Program-made: the position numbers and the translations under genes
Source: Ramazzottius varieornatus
Lineage: Eukaryota > Animalia > Tardigrada
Length of the DNA: 64,000 bases
Assembly (NCBI GenBank): GCA_001949185.1
Contig: BDGG01000014.1
Span: 1 to 64,000, forward strand
Reading direction: 5' to 3'
The notes under the pieces: model-generated
The model's database searches: none
Seen by the model: only the letters and a program-made list of their open reading frames with translations
What the model was told of the DNA's origin: nothing
In this document: piece after piece, positions 11,374 to 42,753 of the stretch
Layout: the number at the start of each line of letters is the position of its first letter
Numbering within the stretch: the first letter of the stretch is position 1

Positions 11374-14300
11374 ATGGCTTCACCGCTGTGGCGTCTCGGC
11401 CTCATCTCCCTCTTTCTTCTCGTTAACCCCACTTCCACCAACAACTTTCACCTTCCGTCAAGCCAATCATCCATAGCTGATCACTTCATTCAGTCATCCT
11501 CGTCCAGTTCGCCCGCCGACTGCAAAGACTTTCGCTTCGAAGAACCTTGCGCATGTTTCAGCCAATCAAACAGCGAAACCACCCAATACATCCTCAACTG
11601 CGACCAAGTCGCCTTCAGGTTCTTCCCGCCATTTCCAACCAACGTTTCATTCCTCTTGGCGTCCTTCCAACGCGTCGGTTACCAGGGTCTCCCAACCGAA
11701 CTCTTCTCCAACCGAAACTCCACACTACGCGCACTCGATCTCTCACAGAACTTTCTCCTTTCAATCACTACAAACTCCTTAGCCGGACTGGAGAACACTC
11801 TCGAGTATCTCAACCTTGCACATAACAGCCTAGGGAGAAACTTCCAACCGGTCCTCGACATTCCTGAGCTTCTTCGTCTTCGAGTTCTCCGTTCTCTGGA
11901 TCTCTCATCCAATGGAATCAAACTCTTTTCTCCCCCGTTCATTTCCGGTCTCTCCGAAACGCTTGAAGAACTGTACTTGGCCAAGAACGACCTGATCGAT
12001 GTTGAGTTCTTGAAGAACGCAAAGAATCTCCGCCAGTTGAAGTTTCTGGACGTGTCCGAGAACCGACTGTTCAGACTGGAGTCCTTCAGTTTCTCCGCTT
12101 TGCCGGCTTTGCAGTATGTTGACCTCACTGACAATTTCCTCACGATGGTCCTTCCCAATGCTTTCAATGGTTCGGCATTGAAACAGATCGGGCTCAGTCA
12201 GAACCGTTTGGCGAATGTGGACAGTAGCATAGTAGCCGGGCTGGAGAAGACACTGGCGGAGCTGGACCTGTCCTTCAACGCGTTGAAAAAGTTTCCGGAT
12301 ATTGGAAGTCTAGATTTGCTCGAAAAATTGAACCTCTCCTCTAACATGCTGGAAAACCCACGAGGTAAATCTGAAACTTTGCAGCAATCAGGACATTGGC
12401 AAATTCACCCAGGTCGCTTTCCCAAGTGGCGCACGCCCTCAGCCAGATCAATGAAATGGTGCGCCACTTGAGATAACAATCTGGGCGAAATCATTTGCTG
12501 ACGTCCCAGTTTCGTGCTTGATTCGGACACTGAAGGGGATATGAGCACCGCAATCTTTTTTTCTACAGGTATTTCGACACTACCAGATTCCACACTCCAC
12601 TTAGACCTCTCCAGTAATCTGTTCACTTCATCCATCGTTCCTTTCCTCTCCCAACTTCCCTCCCTCAAAACACTCCACCTCAGCCGTAACTTCATCGGCG
12701 ACGCTTGGGTCGACTCCACCTTCGCCATTCCCACCCTCGAGCACCTCGTCCTTGGCTCCACCAACATGACCGCCTTCCCTGCAGGCATCCTTTCAGCAGC
12801 CATGCCCCGTCTCCGCTCGCTGGACGTTAGTTACAACCTTATCAACACGCTCCCTACCGAAATTTTCGCCAACGCTTCCCTCCTTATCGAAAGTCTAACC
12901 ATGTCTCACTGTAATATCCAAGCCATTGATCCTGAGATATGGAACGATGTACCGAATTTACGTTTCCTCGACCTTTCGTACAACCTCCTTCCTGATGTGC
13001 CTAACCTTCCGAAGTCACTGTACGAACTGAACCTGAAACACAACCGAATCTCTTCCTTGTTGGATTTGCGTAATGGCTTGCCGAATTTGGTCAATCTGAC
13101 TATGGCTGAAAATAGCCTCCCGTCGATTGATTGGACGTTGTTGCCTATGCAGACTTTGCGGAATTTGGACTTGTCGAAGAATAACTTGACGGAGTTTCCG
13201 GGGTTTCAGGCTGTGCAGTACACTGAACAAAAAGATTTCGCGGGGGTAGTGCGGATGATGCCGTCGATAGATGGCGCTGCCAATAGTTGGAAAGATCTGG
13301 CGTCGACTGTAGAGGTGTTGGATTTGAGTCGGAACCAGATCGGTAACGTGAAGGAACCGCTGAGTAATTTCCCAAACTTGACAGTTTTGGACCTGAGCCG
13401 AAACCAGATCCAAACGATACCCGCTACCTTTCTACAAGACTTTGTCCAGCTGAAAGCTGTCAACCTGTCCGGAAACCACCTCAGCGGTTTGGCGGAGGGA
13501 ACCTTTGTGAATTTGCCTCAACTCGCCGACATTGATTTTAGCTTCAATAATCTAGCGGTAAGGGTCTCCATGAAATAAAAAACTCCCTATTCCGGAAGCG
13601 GAATTTTCATTGCGTTGGTCAAATATTTTTAGGATCTTCCAGCGCAGTTTTTTATTGGAGCCGATTCTCAGATGACCATAAGGCTGAACGGCAACCGTTT
13701 TACCACAACAGCTTCTCTCAACTTCACGTCCTTACCCTCCCTGACGACTCTCTCCCTCAGTCAAAACCAGATCGTGAACCTGACTGGCCCAGCTTTTTCC
13801 GGCTCGTCGATCCAGCATCTGGACCTGAGCGAAAACTTGATCGTGGGTGTTGACAACGCCACGTTCCGTATGATGAGCTCCCTGCGTACACTGAACCTAC
13901 AGTCGAACAGAATAGGCCAGCTGCCACCCAGTGCTTTCTGGGGGACTCTCCAACTTCAAGACCTCGACTTGAGCTATAACGTCATCGAATCCTTCCCGGA
14001 AGACTTGTTTCGTGGTGTGAGAAGGCTGACGTTGAACGTGGCGCATAACAACTTGAAGACTCTCCCGGACCACATCTTCAGCAAACCCCGCGTCGATCGG
14101 CTGATTGACATCAACCTATCCAGCAACAGCTTCAACGTACGAAAGAGCTTTGGCTTTAATTTCAAACTTAAATTTTTTCTTTGCCTGTTTTCCTCAAATT
14201 TACTCTGTGCAGGGGTATCCAGAAAAAGCATTGGGTGAGCAAGAGTACAATTTGATCGCCCTCGACATCTCGCACAACAACATCTCGACCATTCCTTCGG

Positions 14301-16358
14301 GATACCTCATATCCGTCAAGAGGCTCGACGTTTCGTCCAACCCCTTGTCCGACTCTTCCATCAGAACACTCTTGTCCGACCCGAAAGCTACGTTCAAGCT
14401 GAACTTGGCCAATACCGGCCTGACCGTGGTGCCACCTATCCTGTTGCAGTTCTTGACCAGCCTGAATATTTCCAACAACAATCTGACTTTTTTAAGCAAC
14501 ATGTCCAGTTGGGAGCACGTTACCCTGCTGGAGAACCTTGATGTGTCGGGCAACATCTTGACGGATTTGAAGGACGGGCAGATCTCTCTTCTCTTCCCCA
14601 AATTATCTTTCTTGAAGTCGTTGAACCTGAGCGCCAACCCTGTGAAATCCATTCGTGCTCACGAACTTTCCGGTAAACAATACATTGGGACGTCGGCAAA
14701 GGCAGTCCCCCACATCGTCTTTCCAAGTAGCGCACGCTCGTGGCCATTAACAATAAAGACGTGCGCCACTTGGAATATCGATCTGGGTGAAATCATTTGC
14801 CCACTTTATTTCAAATCAGCGCCAAATTTCTAAAAAATCCTCCACACCCTTTTTTACCCGTGTTTGCGATGTAGGCTTGGTGAATGTGGATACGCTGGAT
14901 ATTTCCAGTCTGCCCAACTTAGAGACGTTCGACATCAGCAACCTCCTGGAACTTCCGCGTCTGCGCAATCTCCGCGCTACCAACTACCCTCGTCTCTCCA
15001 ACTTCCCCGTCGGCGACATTTCTCCCCAGCTGCCGCTCTTCCGTAACGTGCACCTCGAACTCCACAGTCCCTTCATCACCAATCAGCTTCACGGTATCAT
15101 CACACCCAGTCTGCGGACACTCTTCCTCAGCGGTCCCACCGTCACCCGCATCAGCAAAGACGCATTCAACGGCTTCCTTCCTCCAGCGCACTTCGCTCTC
15201 TCCCTCAACAACATGTCGATCAGCAGCGTACCATCGGAAGTTCTGCGACGCTTTCCACGCGACACTCAGCTCAAGCTTAGAGTTTCTGGCACTGAACTAA
15301 CTGAACGTGACATGGTTACTTTGGTCACACAACTGACCACCGAAAATCCAATGGTCGTACTATCGAATAACCGTCTAACTTGCACATGTCAGTCCGCACT
15401 GTTCTTCCGCACTGTCGATGGTCATATTCAATGCGACTTACCAGCTGGCCTGAAAGACATACCGGTGTCACGGCTGAATTCCTCTGTCCTGAACTGTGAC
15501 CAATCTGACAATTCATCCACTCTTCAGAACAGTTTTGAGGTTGTTGCTCCGAATGAAGTCAATAGATCAATCAATCCAGAGCAACTCAACGATACAAACA
15601 CGTCGGTTATACCAACGTTAGGTGTGCCAGTTGTTCCTCTGCAACTACAACCTGAAACGTTACCGCTACCGGGAATCCCTACCAACAAGTGGCCGTTCAA
15701 CTGGTACGCCACGAAACCGTCCTCCGAGCCCGAAGTCATTTTCGAAATCACCACGTCCAAACCTTCCACTGCCGCGTCTAACTACATGCTGGAGGGCGCG
15801 GTTGCCGGTATCGTCGTCGGTCTCGTTGTACTGACCGCGCTGATCATCGGTGGTATCGTGTTCTGGTTCCGACGTGAGAAGCGTCGTCAGCTCCGTCAGT
15901 TCGCTGCTCAAAACGAAGGGCATATTTCCAAAGAAAAGCCTTATGCCATGATACCCAACCCGGACATCTGTCCACACCCTTCGTGGTACCCGCCACCACA
16001 ACCAGTCTTCGTGATACCCGTACCGGTCACGTCGACGGAGAATGGTGGACTGAATCAAGAGTATCTAAACTCGGTGAGGGAGATGTACTACAATAGAGAC
16101 TACCTGAAGAACGGGCAGAAGTTCCTGGAGTACCCGGCGGAGAAGAAGGGGCATGAAGCGCAGGAAAGGCTACCGGTGGACTTTGGCAACGAGTCAGACT
16201 ACCCCCGAGAATCGGTGGACTTGACAGATCATACGGATGAGGAGACGGATGACTATTCGGTGCTGGAGAGCTGTGATATGACGTTTACCTACGAGAGTGT
16301 ATTCGATACTGGACAGTCGGTACCTTCGATTGACGATTCGCTGTACGAACACCGGTGA
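11374..16358 (+). CDS. Single-pass leucine-rich-repeat membrane protein (chaoptin-like ectodomain, no TIR), ~1475 aa; exons 11374-12364, 12569-13557, 13633-14136, 14213-14672, 14875-16358
   Basis: Signal peptide MASPLWRLGLISLFLLV; Cys LRR-NT; >30 LxxLDLSxNxL repeats; LRR-CT (NRLTCTC..IQCDLPAGLKD); TM AVAGIVVGLVVLTALIIGGIVFWF-RREKRR; Tyr-containing tail. Four GT-AG introns give 4428 nt in frame. Confidence 0.9.
12391..12508. repeat. Palindromic element family, copy D (LRR intron 1), best-preserved copy
   Basis: GGACATTGGCAAAT..TCACCCAG..CAAGTGGCGCAC-N24-GTGCGCCACTTG..CTGGGCGAA..ATTTGCTGACGTCCC; perfect 12-bp core arms. Confidence 0.8.
14687..14802. repeat. Palindromic element family, copy E (LRR intron 4)
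   Basis: GGGACGTCGGCAAA..TTCCAAGTAGCGCAC-N25-GTGCGCCACTTGGAA..GATCTGGGTGAAATCATTTGC. Confidence 0.8.
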
Positions 16359-17107
16359 AATATAAATCTGAACTATATGCATAGATCCAACAAAGCTTTC
16401 TTCTATGGTTGAAAAACAATATCATTTTCCATTTACTTTACGGCTGTTTGTCTTTCGAAATGGCTTTAGTTTACCCTATACACACTTTTATGGATTATGC
16501 AATAGGCTGTAGCTGTGACGAATGTCCAGGTGGAAATCTCAGCACGGGCGCTCTCACAAATCTTATCGGCAAAGAGGGTTAGATAACTCCGACATCTTCG
16601 CGTACCGGATGACAACGGTCTTCATTATCGCCGGTATTGTTTGCAGGTTTCAGCTAGTATATTAGACGGAAGTCGCGAACGCGCATTTACGACGCCTTGT
16701 ACAGGCATGCACCGTAGATGCTCTCTGAACTTGATGAAAAATTTGTCTGGAAATGTAAACGCCAAGGTGTCGCTACCTGCAATCAATCTGATGCCGATTT
16801 GGCACTGCCAAAACCGACCTTCTGAGATTAGCGCACAAAAGGTTTTCCTTTTGTGTTATCAAAGCTGATTGCGTAATAGGAGGCGTACGTCCTACTGAAA
16901 TACCGACTGCTTGATCGGAAGGTTCTTCAGTCGGGCGTAGAGGTTGAAGCATCAGCCACGTCCTTCTTCCTCCCACCCAATTTCCCCAGAGCTCTTCGCA
17001 GCGCTCTCTCGTCGATGATCGACGTATCATTTCTCTTTTGGTAAATCTCTTGGATAAACTATTGCTCTGTTGGAACGTTGACTTTGTTTATAGCCTGAAA
17101 CTCCAAA

Positions 17108-35498
<18,391 letters not shown>

Positions 35499-35727
35499 GC
35501 TTACCGTGTCCTAGTGCAACAGTATGTTGCTCATGTATGTTCCGCATTGAGGATGCGTCTCTCCAGATAACCGCAACAAGCTTTGTTGTCAATATTATTT
35601 ATTCATGCCGACATCCATCTAGTATATATTTACAATATCTGTCAAGAACAATGGTTATTTTAAGCGTCGGCAAAGCGTCAAGAACGTAGTATCTAATGTA
35701 AATTCAAACGGACTTTAACGAGCACAT

Positions 35728-36222
35728 TCACGCGTTGTTCCAGGTAGGGTTTGGTTGAGGAGGAGGTCCCGTGATCGCTTCGGGCTTGTATGGATTGACG
35801 AAGATACCTTTGAATGCGGGTCCCACGCGACTACTGGCGTCGGCTGCCTGGCGGTAGCTTTCGACGGCCACGTGCTCGTTGCCGATTAGATCATTGACAA
35901 CAGCCTTGGTTCCTTTCGCCACCGTCTCATATACGCTTTTCACCTACAGTACAACAATATTCCTGGTATTATTCTGTGAAACGCAACTACCGTAATATTA
36001 CCGCGACCAGACGAGCGTGAAAATATTCCAACGAGAAACACGTAAATCGTTGTCTCCGAAAAAAGAAAAGAACTTCTCAAAGTTTCCGGAACGCTGGTTA
36101 TCAGTTGTGAGTTTTCTTACGGTATCCACAACATCTCGACGCAAGCGACCAGGAAGTGATGCTCCGTGGGACGTTCTGACGAACAATAAGACCAAGCAGA
36201 CGATGGATATCAGGAAACGCAT
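35728..36222 (-). CDS. Small secreted pre-pro-peptide, 105 aa, unknown function; exons 36222-36121 and 35943-35728
   Basis: Signal peptide MRFLISIVCLVLLFVRTSHG, furin site RLRR, phase-0 intron gtaaga...ctgtag (36120-35944) giving DVVDT/VKSVYETVAKGTKAVVNDLIG. TATAAA at ~36300 and AATAAA at ~35600 on the minus strand. Confidence 0.75.
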
Positions 36223-37074
36223 TCTCGAATCGCTGCAAAATTTCATTCCAAGCAATAGTAAAGCTGGGATTAGGAACCAAAATTAGAAAGTTAGCTGTTT
36301 ATAGTTCGAAGTATGAAGGTAACTGAAGCATTTAGTTGGTCCGACTCTCAGCTTTATTCGGGAATCAGATTAGCTATCGGGTTTGCACTTTAACCATGTG
36401 ATCAATGTGATACTCTTCTGCTAAACTGGGAAACGACTATTACTATGCAGAAATTTGATATCACCGAAAGCAGTCCGGCACACCGCGCAGAGGCCGCTAC
36501 ATTCGTCAGTATCAGCGAGCACGGTCATTTCACTATGTCGTAATCGTCGAATATCGAATGAATTCAGAGGTTGATATGTGACCCGATTAGCGCAGAAACC
36601 AGCCAATCAAAACCGAGCACGTAGGCGGAGCCAACCGGCTTACCCACTAATGTGATCGGTGCTTAATTCCCGATCAAAAACGGCCTCCGTTAATCGAGTG
36701 CGTAATTAACCTCGAGTAACTTTTCAGTCACATCTTTGTGTGTGTTTTTCTTTCCAAAAGTTTGTTCAGATCGTAAATTTCAACAAAAGATGTTTCAACA
36801 AAGTACTAAGTGCGGTTTCAACTGCATCTTTTGCTGTCTAACGTCGATATTCTCCTATCTTTGATACTTCCGCCTGGTGTTTTGAGACATCAGAAAGAAA
36901 AAGAACCGTCCATGGAATTAGAATCGACGGCAAAGTTAAACCATCTTGGAGTGAGCAGAGTAAGCAGAAAGTGGGAATGCCTAACCGTAAGCCTTTCGTA
37001 GAAGTTTAATTTACCTTCCGGATCCTCCTTTGCGTGTTTCCTCCACCTTTGCAATATCCCACTGGACCCCAGAA

Positions 37075-37330
37075 GGCCACATAAGGCTACTAGGTAGATC
37101 TTTCTACCCTATGGTGCTGTGGTCGTGAGGATACTGCCGCTTTTAGTTTTTGCAGGTGGGGTCAATCCCTCAATCAAAGGACGCCCCACGGTGATCATGA
37201 TTAACCGCTAGCCCGGATCTCCCTTCTGCTCATCCGCTTCGCCTTACCTTCTCACAACCCAAGACTCACTACGAAGGCTACATAAGTCTACCAGGTACAT
37301 TTTGTATTCTACGGTGCTGTAGCCAGAGTC
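37075..37330 (+). ncRNA. Duplicated structured RNA motif (37075-37124 and 37276-37324) upstream of the CRE ORF; function unknown
   Basis: Outer stems GGCCACA/TGTGGTC vs GGCTACA/TGTAGCC and inner stems GGTAGA/TCTACC vs GGTACA/TGTATT show compensatory changes; linkers are conserved. Confidence 0.45.
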
Positions 37331-37542
37331 ACTTCTTGCTCCGTGTACTGCGCTGCATTTCTCGACGTTTTGTTGCAGGATCGAAAAGTCTGGCCTAACC
37401 AGGAAAGCTGTTCAACAATCAACCCATTGGAAAGCTTCGTCTCTGCCACCCCTCTCTTGGTTTTCGTCGTCTGCTTCGTCTGGCCTCGTTCACATCTCGA
37501 GGCTCATCCTGAAGGCCTTGTAAGACTACCAGGCCATGATCG

Positions 37543-39846
37543 TTGTCTGCAATGACTGATACAGCTGATGGTGGCGCTATTTATGACCTCTGCGGCTTCA
37601 AAGCAGCCAGCGCTGGTTCCTTGAAGAGACATCGAGGAAAGGGAAAATGCTTGAAGAGTCAGAAGACACAAGAAGATCGAACAGTTGTCCTCGAGCAGAC
37701 CCCTACCTGTAACGCAGGCGAGCCTCCAGCGGAAGAGCCAATACAGCCTCGTCGTCCACCTCCCACCCTGTACAGAATACCCCATGGAGCCAGGGCAGCT
37801 GCAGCAGCCGCCTATGGTACTTCAATAAGGGAGTGCATTAGATCCAACACGCGCGAAAGCTGGTCCACCCTTCTCCGTTTTCCCTCTGTAGCTTTCCGCC
37901 AACCCGGGAAGAACCAGCGAACAAAGAAATCACTCTCCTCCATCGTAAAAGAAAACGAGTCAAGACCTGCCGGCGGAGAACAAGCCGTTGCGAAGCCACT
38001 CAAGAAGAAGCAGAAGAAGATGGATGAGGATTCCGAGCTGAAGAGAAGGGTGGAGCAAAAGCGTAACGACTGTGATGTCAGCGGCGCAGTTCGTATACTG
38101 GCTTCGGACGATGTCATGGCTCCAGTTACGACTGAAACATTGGAGGCACTTCGCGCCAAACATCCTCTTGAACAAGACAGCGTCGCGTTTCCGTTGAAAG
38201 AGTCCTTGGTGCCACCAGTCGGGCCAGTGACAAGCGAGGAAGTCATCAACGCGACTGTCAGCATTCCCAACGGCTCCGCTGGTGGTCCGGACGGACTCCG
38301 GCCACAGCACCTGAAAGACATGCTGAAAGGAGTAAGAGACCCGGCGTCTACGGAGCTTGCGGAATCATTGGCACTCCTTATCACCTTGATGTTGGAGCGC
38401 AAAGTGCCTGATGACATCTGCCCCGTCTTGTATGGTGTGTCACTGACCGCACTGCTCAAGAAAGATGGCGGTATCGGGTCGATCGCTGTCGGGAACACAT
38501 TGCGGTGACTGGCTGGAAAGATAGTGAGCAAACGAGTTATGGAGACGATGGGGGTGCTAGTCCGACCTCAGTAGCTTGGCTATGGCACAAAAGGAGGTGC
38601 AGAAGCAGCTGTTCATGCCACTCGGGTTTTCATCAGTCACGATAAGGCTTACCAAGTTCTTCTCAAACTGGACTTCCGCAATGCATTCAACACGTGTTTC
38701 GCGACAGACTGCTGCATGAAGTCCTGAGATATATGCCTGAGTTTTTCCCTTTTCTCTTTCAGCTGTACAGGACTCCTTCCAACCTTTCATACGGCGAGCA
38801 CAGCATTCAGTCGGCTCGCGGAGTTCAGGAAGGAGACACTGTTGGACCTCTCCTGGTTTGTCTGCTCACGCGCAACCTGACCAAGTCGCTCCAGTCACCG
38901 TTCAATCTCTGGTACCTGGATGATGCTACCCCCGGCGACGACCCGGAGCAGGTGTGTGAAGACCTACGTACAGTTGTCCGCGCCGGAGCTGCCTCGGGTC
39001 TGGAGCTTAATTTGGGTAAGTGCGAGGTATTTGCTTTTGGTGGGACGGACCGGGAACGCGCAACTGCAATAGCCAGAGTGCAGATTCATTGTCCTGGCAT
39101 TCTCCTTCCACAACGCAGCAACTTGACTCTTCTGGGAGCTCCTCTTTTCAACGAAACCATCCTCAGCGTGCTGAAAGCAAAGACGGACTCGGCGGAGCTG
39201 ATGACGGCACGTTTGGAAAAGATTTCGCCACATCAAGCCTTGTTCCTTTTAGAGAACTGCCTCAGTATTCCCAAGTTGCTTTACGTCCTACGCTGCAGTC
39301 CCACGAACAGATGGACATGACGCACTCAACGACATCATCCACAGAGCCTTGACTAGCTGCCAGGTTCATAACGTGAGAGAGCCTAATGGATTGATGCGCG
39401 ACGGAAACATGCGACCCGATGGACTAACGCTTGTTCCGTGGTATCAAGGAAAAGCTCTCGCATGGGACGTGACTGTGGTAGACACGCTGGCACAGACCTA
39501 TCTCCAGAGCTCCACCAATCAGGTAGGTTATGCTTCAAACCAAGCTGAGGAGAAGAAGAGGAGGAAGTACGAGGAGCTGGAGGGTCGATACCTGTTTTGC
39601 CCCGTCGGATTTGAAACTTATGGTGTATTCGGCAACGAAGCACGAGAGCTCGTGGAGAAGATCGGGAAGAAAGTTGCTGCGCGCACAGGCGAGCCAAGAT
39701 CTCTTTCGTTTTTGAAGCAGAAAATTAGCATAGAAATTCAGAGAGGCAATGCTGCTTGCGTTTTTGGCACTTTTGTACATAGCCGAGGTTTGGAAGAAAT
39801 TTATAGCATTCTAGATTTGAAGAAGAATGATGCTTCCTTAGTTTAA
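37543..39846 (+). mobile_element. CRE-clade non-LTR retrotransposon (RT + restriction-like endonuclease), pseudogenised and internally deleted
   Basis: GGPDGLRPQHLKD, LLKKDGGI.IAVG, LGYGTKGGAEAAVHA, KLDFRNAFN, GVQEGD, WYLDD; RLE RPDGLTLVPW..GKALAWDVTVVDT..KKRRKY..FETYGVFG..ISIEIQRGNA. Stops at ~38506 and ~38571, frameshift at ~38695, deletion near 39300-39360. Confidence 0.9.
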
Positions 39847-41130
39847 ATTTTGTTGATTGTTTTCATATTCGGTCTTGACGTCGAATATGGATTTTTGGTC
39901 AAACTGTGGTAATAACTGTACACTCAACTGTAACTTTCGTAACTTCAAAAACAATAGAAAATTTCGATCTCACTGTGAGCTTAAGTGTAGCTTTCGGAGT
40001 TTGCACTAAGGATATTGAATTTTCTGAGATCGACTTACCCATCAATCGTTTCATCGAGATTGCTAGAATGCCCGTTGGCTCCCTCTGGAACCACTAGATA
40101 GCTTCTCAAGTGAACAACAGCTTATCATAGCATTGATTGAACGTCTACCGATCGTAATCCATCAAAACCGACAGACCAGGCGCAATATCGCATCATCGTC
40201 TCCACCCATACAAGATATGCGCATGTGACTCGCCTTCGGCTCGCTCGCTGATTAAGGATTACAGGTGCTCAAGAGTTGGATTTTAACAGCGCTTATCATA
40301 TTAGGTGCGGAAGTATGACTTGTTACTCGTCCGAGAAAACTTTCGAAAACATTTTCTGATTCAGACCTCGGAATTTTTGGTCAGGTTATCCACCCATATT
40401 AACAAGGTACTTCTTTCATTTTTTCGGCAGCAAGTTCATGACTCGACTGCAGGAGCATGGGGGAAGAGAAAAGATAAACTCTCCGCATCCATTTTTTGCA
40501 GTCTCTCTGGAGGACATTGTTCCTTCTCGCTGGAAGTACTCTAACGTTTCGAAGTGATGATAATCCTTTAGTATTAGGTCCCGTCTTTTTGGTGTGTGAA
40601 GGAGTTTCTAGTTCTACCTCCTGCAGTTTTGCGGAAGCGTTTTCACCAATGTGCACTCTAGAGCTGACTTGCATCAGTAGTACTTTGAGTGGACTGAATG
40701 ATTTTGTTTAGTCAACGGCAAGTTTCTTTTATCATTCGTGCTCGTTCAAAGAGGTAAAGTCTGCAGCTATGATTATGCTGTGCAGAAAGGTATTATACCG
40801 TTCTAGACTGTAAGATAGCAACTAGACGGTAGCCATAATTTTCCTTTGGTACCGCTCACGATTCAATATTTTCTGCGTTACTTCCGCTCTTTCGAAACAT
40901 TCCCTTTTTCGCTTCAGACCGCCTCACAGAGCCTAGTCTTTGTTACTTGTAGCAATGCGATCTGAGGATCAGTTCGCTTTCACTCAAACGGGAGGTTACG
41001 GAAAGGCAAGGTTTGTGCTCATCGTACGCAGGCTTACCGCTGCGCAATAGCCATGTGACAAAAAGCGGGGTGGCTATATCTAATGCCCGTCATGTGACTA
41101 GCGGCTCAAATTGGGATCCGTTAATCTGGT

Positions 41131-41164
41131 GCATAGATGAGTGCAGCGCATAGATGAGTGCAGC
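41131..41164. repeat. Perfect 17-bp tandem duplication
   Basis: GCATAGATGAGTGCAGC twice. Confidence 0.9.
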
Positions 41165-42753
41165 GTACGTACACGGCTAACACATCAGTGCGAGCCGTGA
41201 CGTCAGTTTCAAGATTGCCGTTCCCCAGCTGCTTGTCACAATAGAACTTTCAGCGGCGGGCCTGATCGTACGGTGCGCGAAGTAAGCAGGGCATCAAAAT
41301 CCGTGATTTTTTTGCCTTCTCGTTTTGTCTAAGTATCCAGCGAGCATTCAAGAAGAGACTTTAAACTCAATCAAGGGTTTTGCAGGAGTTCGGGAAGGAT
41401 AAAAATCGACATGCTCCCTCTGGACGTTGTTGTCCAACTTCAGTTTCGGTCTTCCGTGGGGGTGAATTACGCCCTAGAAATCTCCAGAGCCGAGAGGATC
41501 TACCCAATCTTCTACGGTCCAACCGTTAGCTGCTTTATTTGAGACAGACGAAGCATATCTTCGCGCCTGTCTGGTATGCGTTGACGCCCTGAGAAAATTC
41601 GCCTCCTTAAAGTCTTACTGTCAATTTGAACGAAACGGGGAAGGCGAAAGACTAAGAGAAGTTGGTACTCCACTTTGCGCACTCCGGAAACAGCGCAAAG
41701 TTTTGTCTTTGTACCCTCTCCGGATTGCAAACAAGAACAAACCTATAGCAGACCGCATTGCTACCGGTGACAGCACGGACACTCTATGAAAGAATTCTGA
41801 GCGAGAAATGGTATGTTTTGACAGAGGAAAACCACCCCAGAAAATTTCGAACCGCAAGCGACGCTAAAGGAGACTATGTTCACATGTTGATGGCCTCTTT
41901 GGAACAGGGACTTTTTAAGGAAATCTTCCCGTTCCACAGACGAAATTAATTCGCGGACTGGTTGCTAATACTGTAGATTATCACCAGCCCAATAATCTGG
42001 ACCTTCTCCAGCGAGATAGAAAAATTCTCCCGGAAGTGGGTTTGAAAAGTGCCGTCACAAATTTTATTTTACCTCTTCCCACAGCCTTTTGCAGCAACGG
42101 AGCGAAATTTCGCTCAAAAAAAACCTGAGGAGTGCCGTGCTAGTATGGTTGTACTGTATAAGCTGATCAAAAAGTTTGAGATGTAGGGTCAGAAAAACTT
42201 TTAACTTCGGCGGAGGGCAAGGTGACAGATCATACTTCCGCAATTAATATAATAAGATGTGGGTAGGACGATCATTCAATGTTCACTTTAGTAAAACCTG
42301 TTGGTTGATATTTTGGCAAAGCGGCAAATGCGTCATTGTGGTCAATGATAATTTTGAGTAGGTACACACGAAACAGACGGAACTTCTTCGCATACTTCGC
42401 AATTCATTCTGCAACATTTATTCCCGTCGCAATTTTTCAGATGGTGCATTTGCGTCAATGTCTTGTTGAAAATCGCAACATTGCAAGATCAACAAATTCT
42501 ATGCATTTTGTGATATCAATTCTGCTGTGTCAATGTGAGCAAAAGTGTTATAATGTGGCAGAACTTCCGAAATCTTCAAGAGGGCTCACCTGACACCCTT
42601 CATGGCGATCAAGAGGTAGGCCGACCACATGTGTATTTAACAGACACTATGGCTATATCCTAAATGTAGTATGAGCAATCCACAATCTACCGGTTAGGAC
42701 AGCTCTTCTCTGAGAACGGTTCTTTTTCACCGAAGTCGCGAAGAACCACCGTG

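Noticed and set aside
9345-14802. CRISPR-like or attC-like array from the repeated palindromes
   Set aside because: Copies are dispersed, in both orientations and inside eukaryotic introns; no cas or integrase gene.
16555-17060. GATA sites upstream of the GH31 gene as a gut enhancer
   Set aside because: A few 6-mers, not clearly above chance without conservation data.
37020-37070. HDV-like ribozyme (GTG-TTTCCTC-CAC as P3/L3)
   Set aside because: L3 lacks the expected UCCUCG pattern, and no P1, P1.1 or J4/2 elements could be built.
37075-37330. H/ACA snoRNA or spliced-leader RNA reading of the twin hairpins
   Set aside because: Hairpins are ~150 nt apart with no correctly placed H or ACA box, and no convincing SL donor plus Sm-site layout.
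40225-40250. CTCGCCTTCGGCTCG (and GCGCTCCGCTCTCGG at ~50975) as Helitron/Helentron-type end motifs
   Set aside because: Short motifs only; no boundaries or second terminus could be defined.
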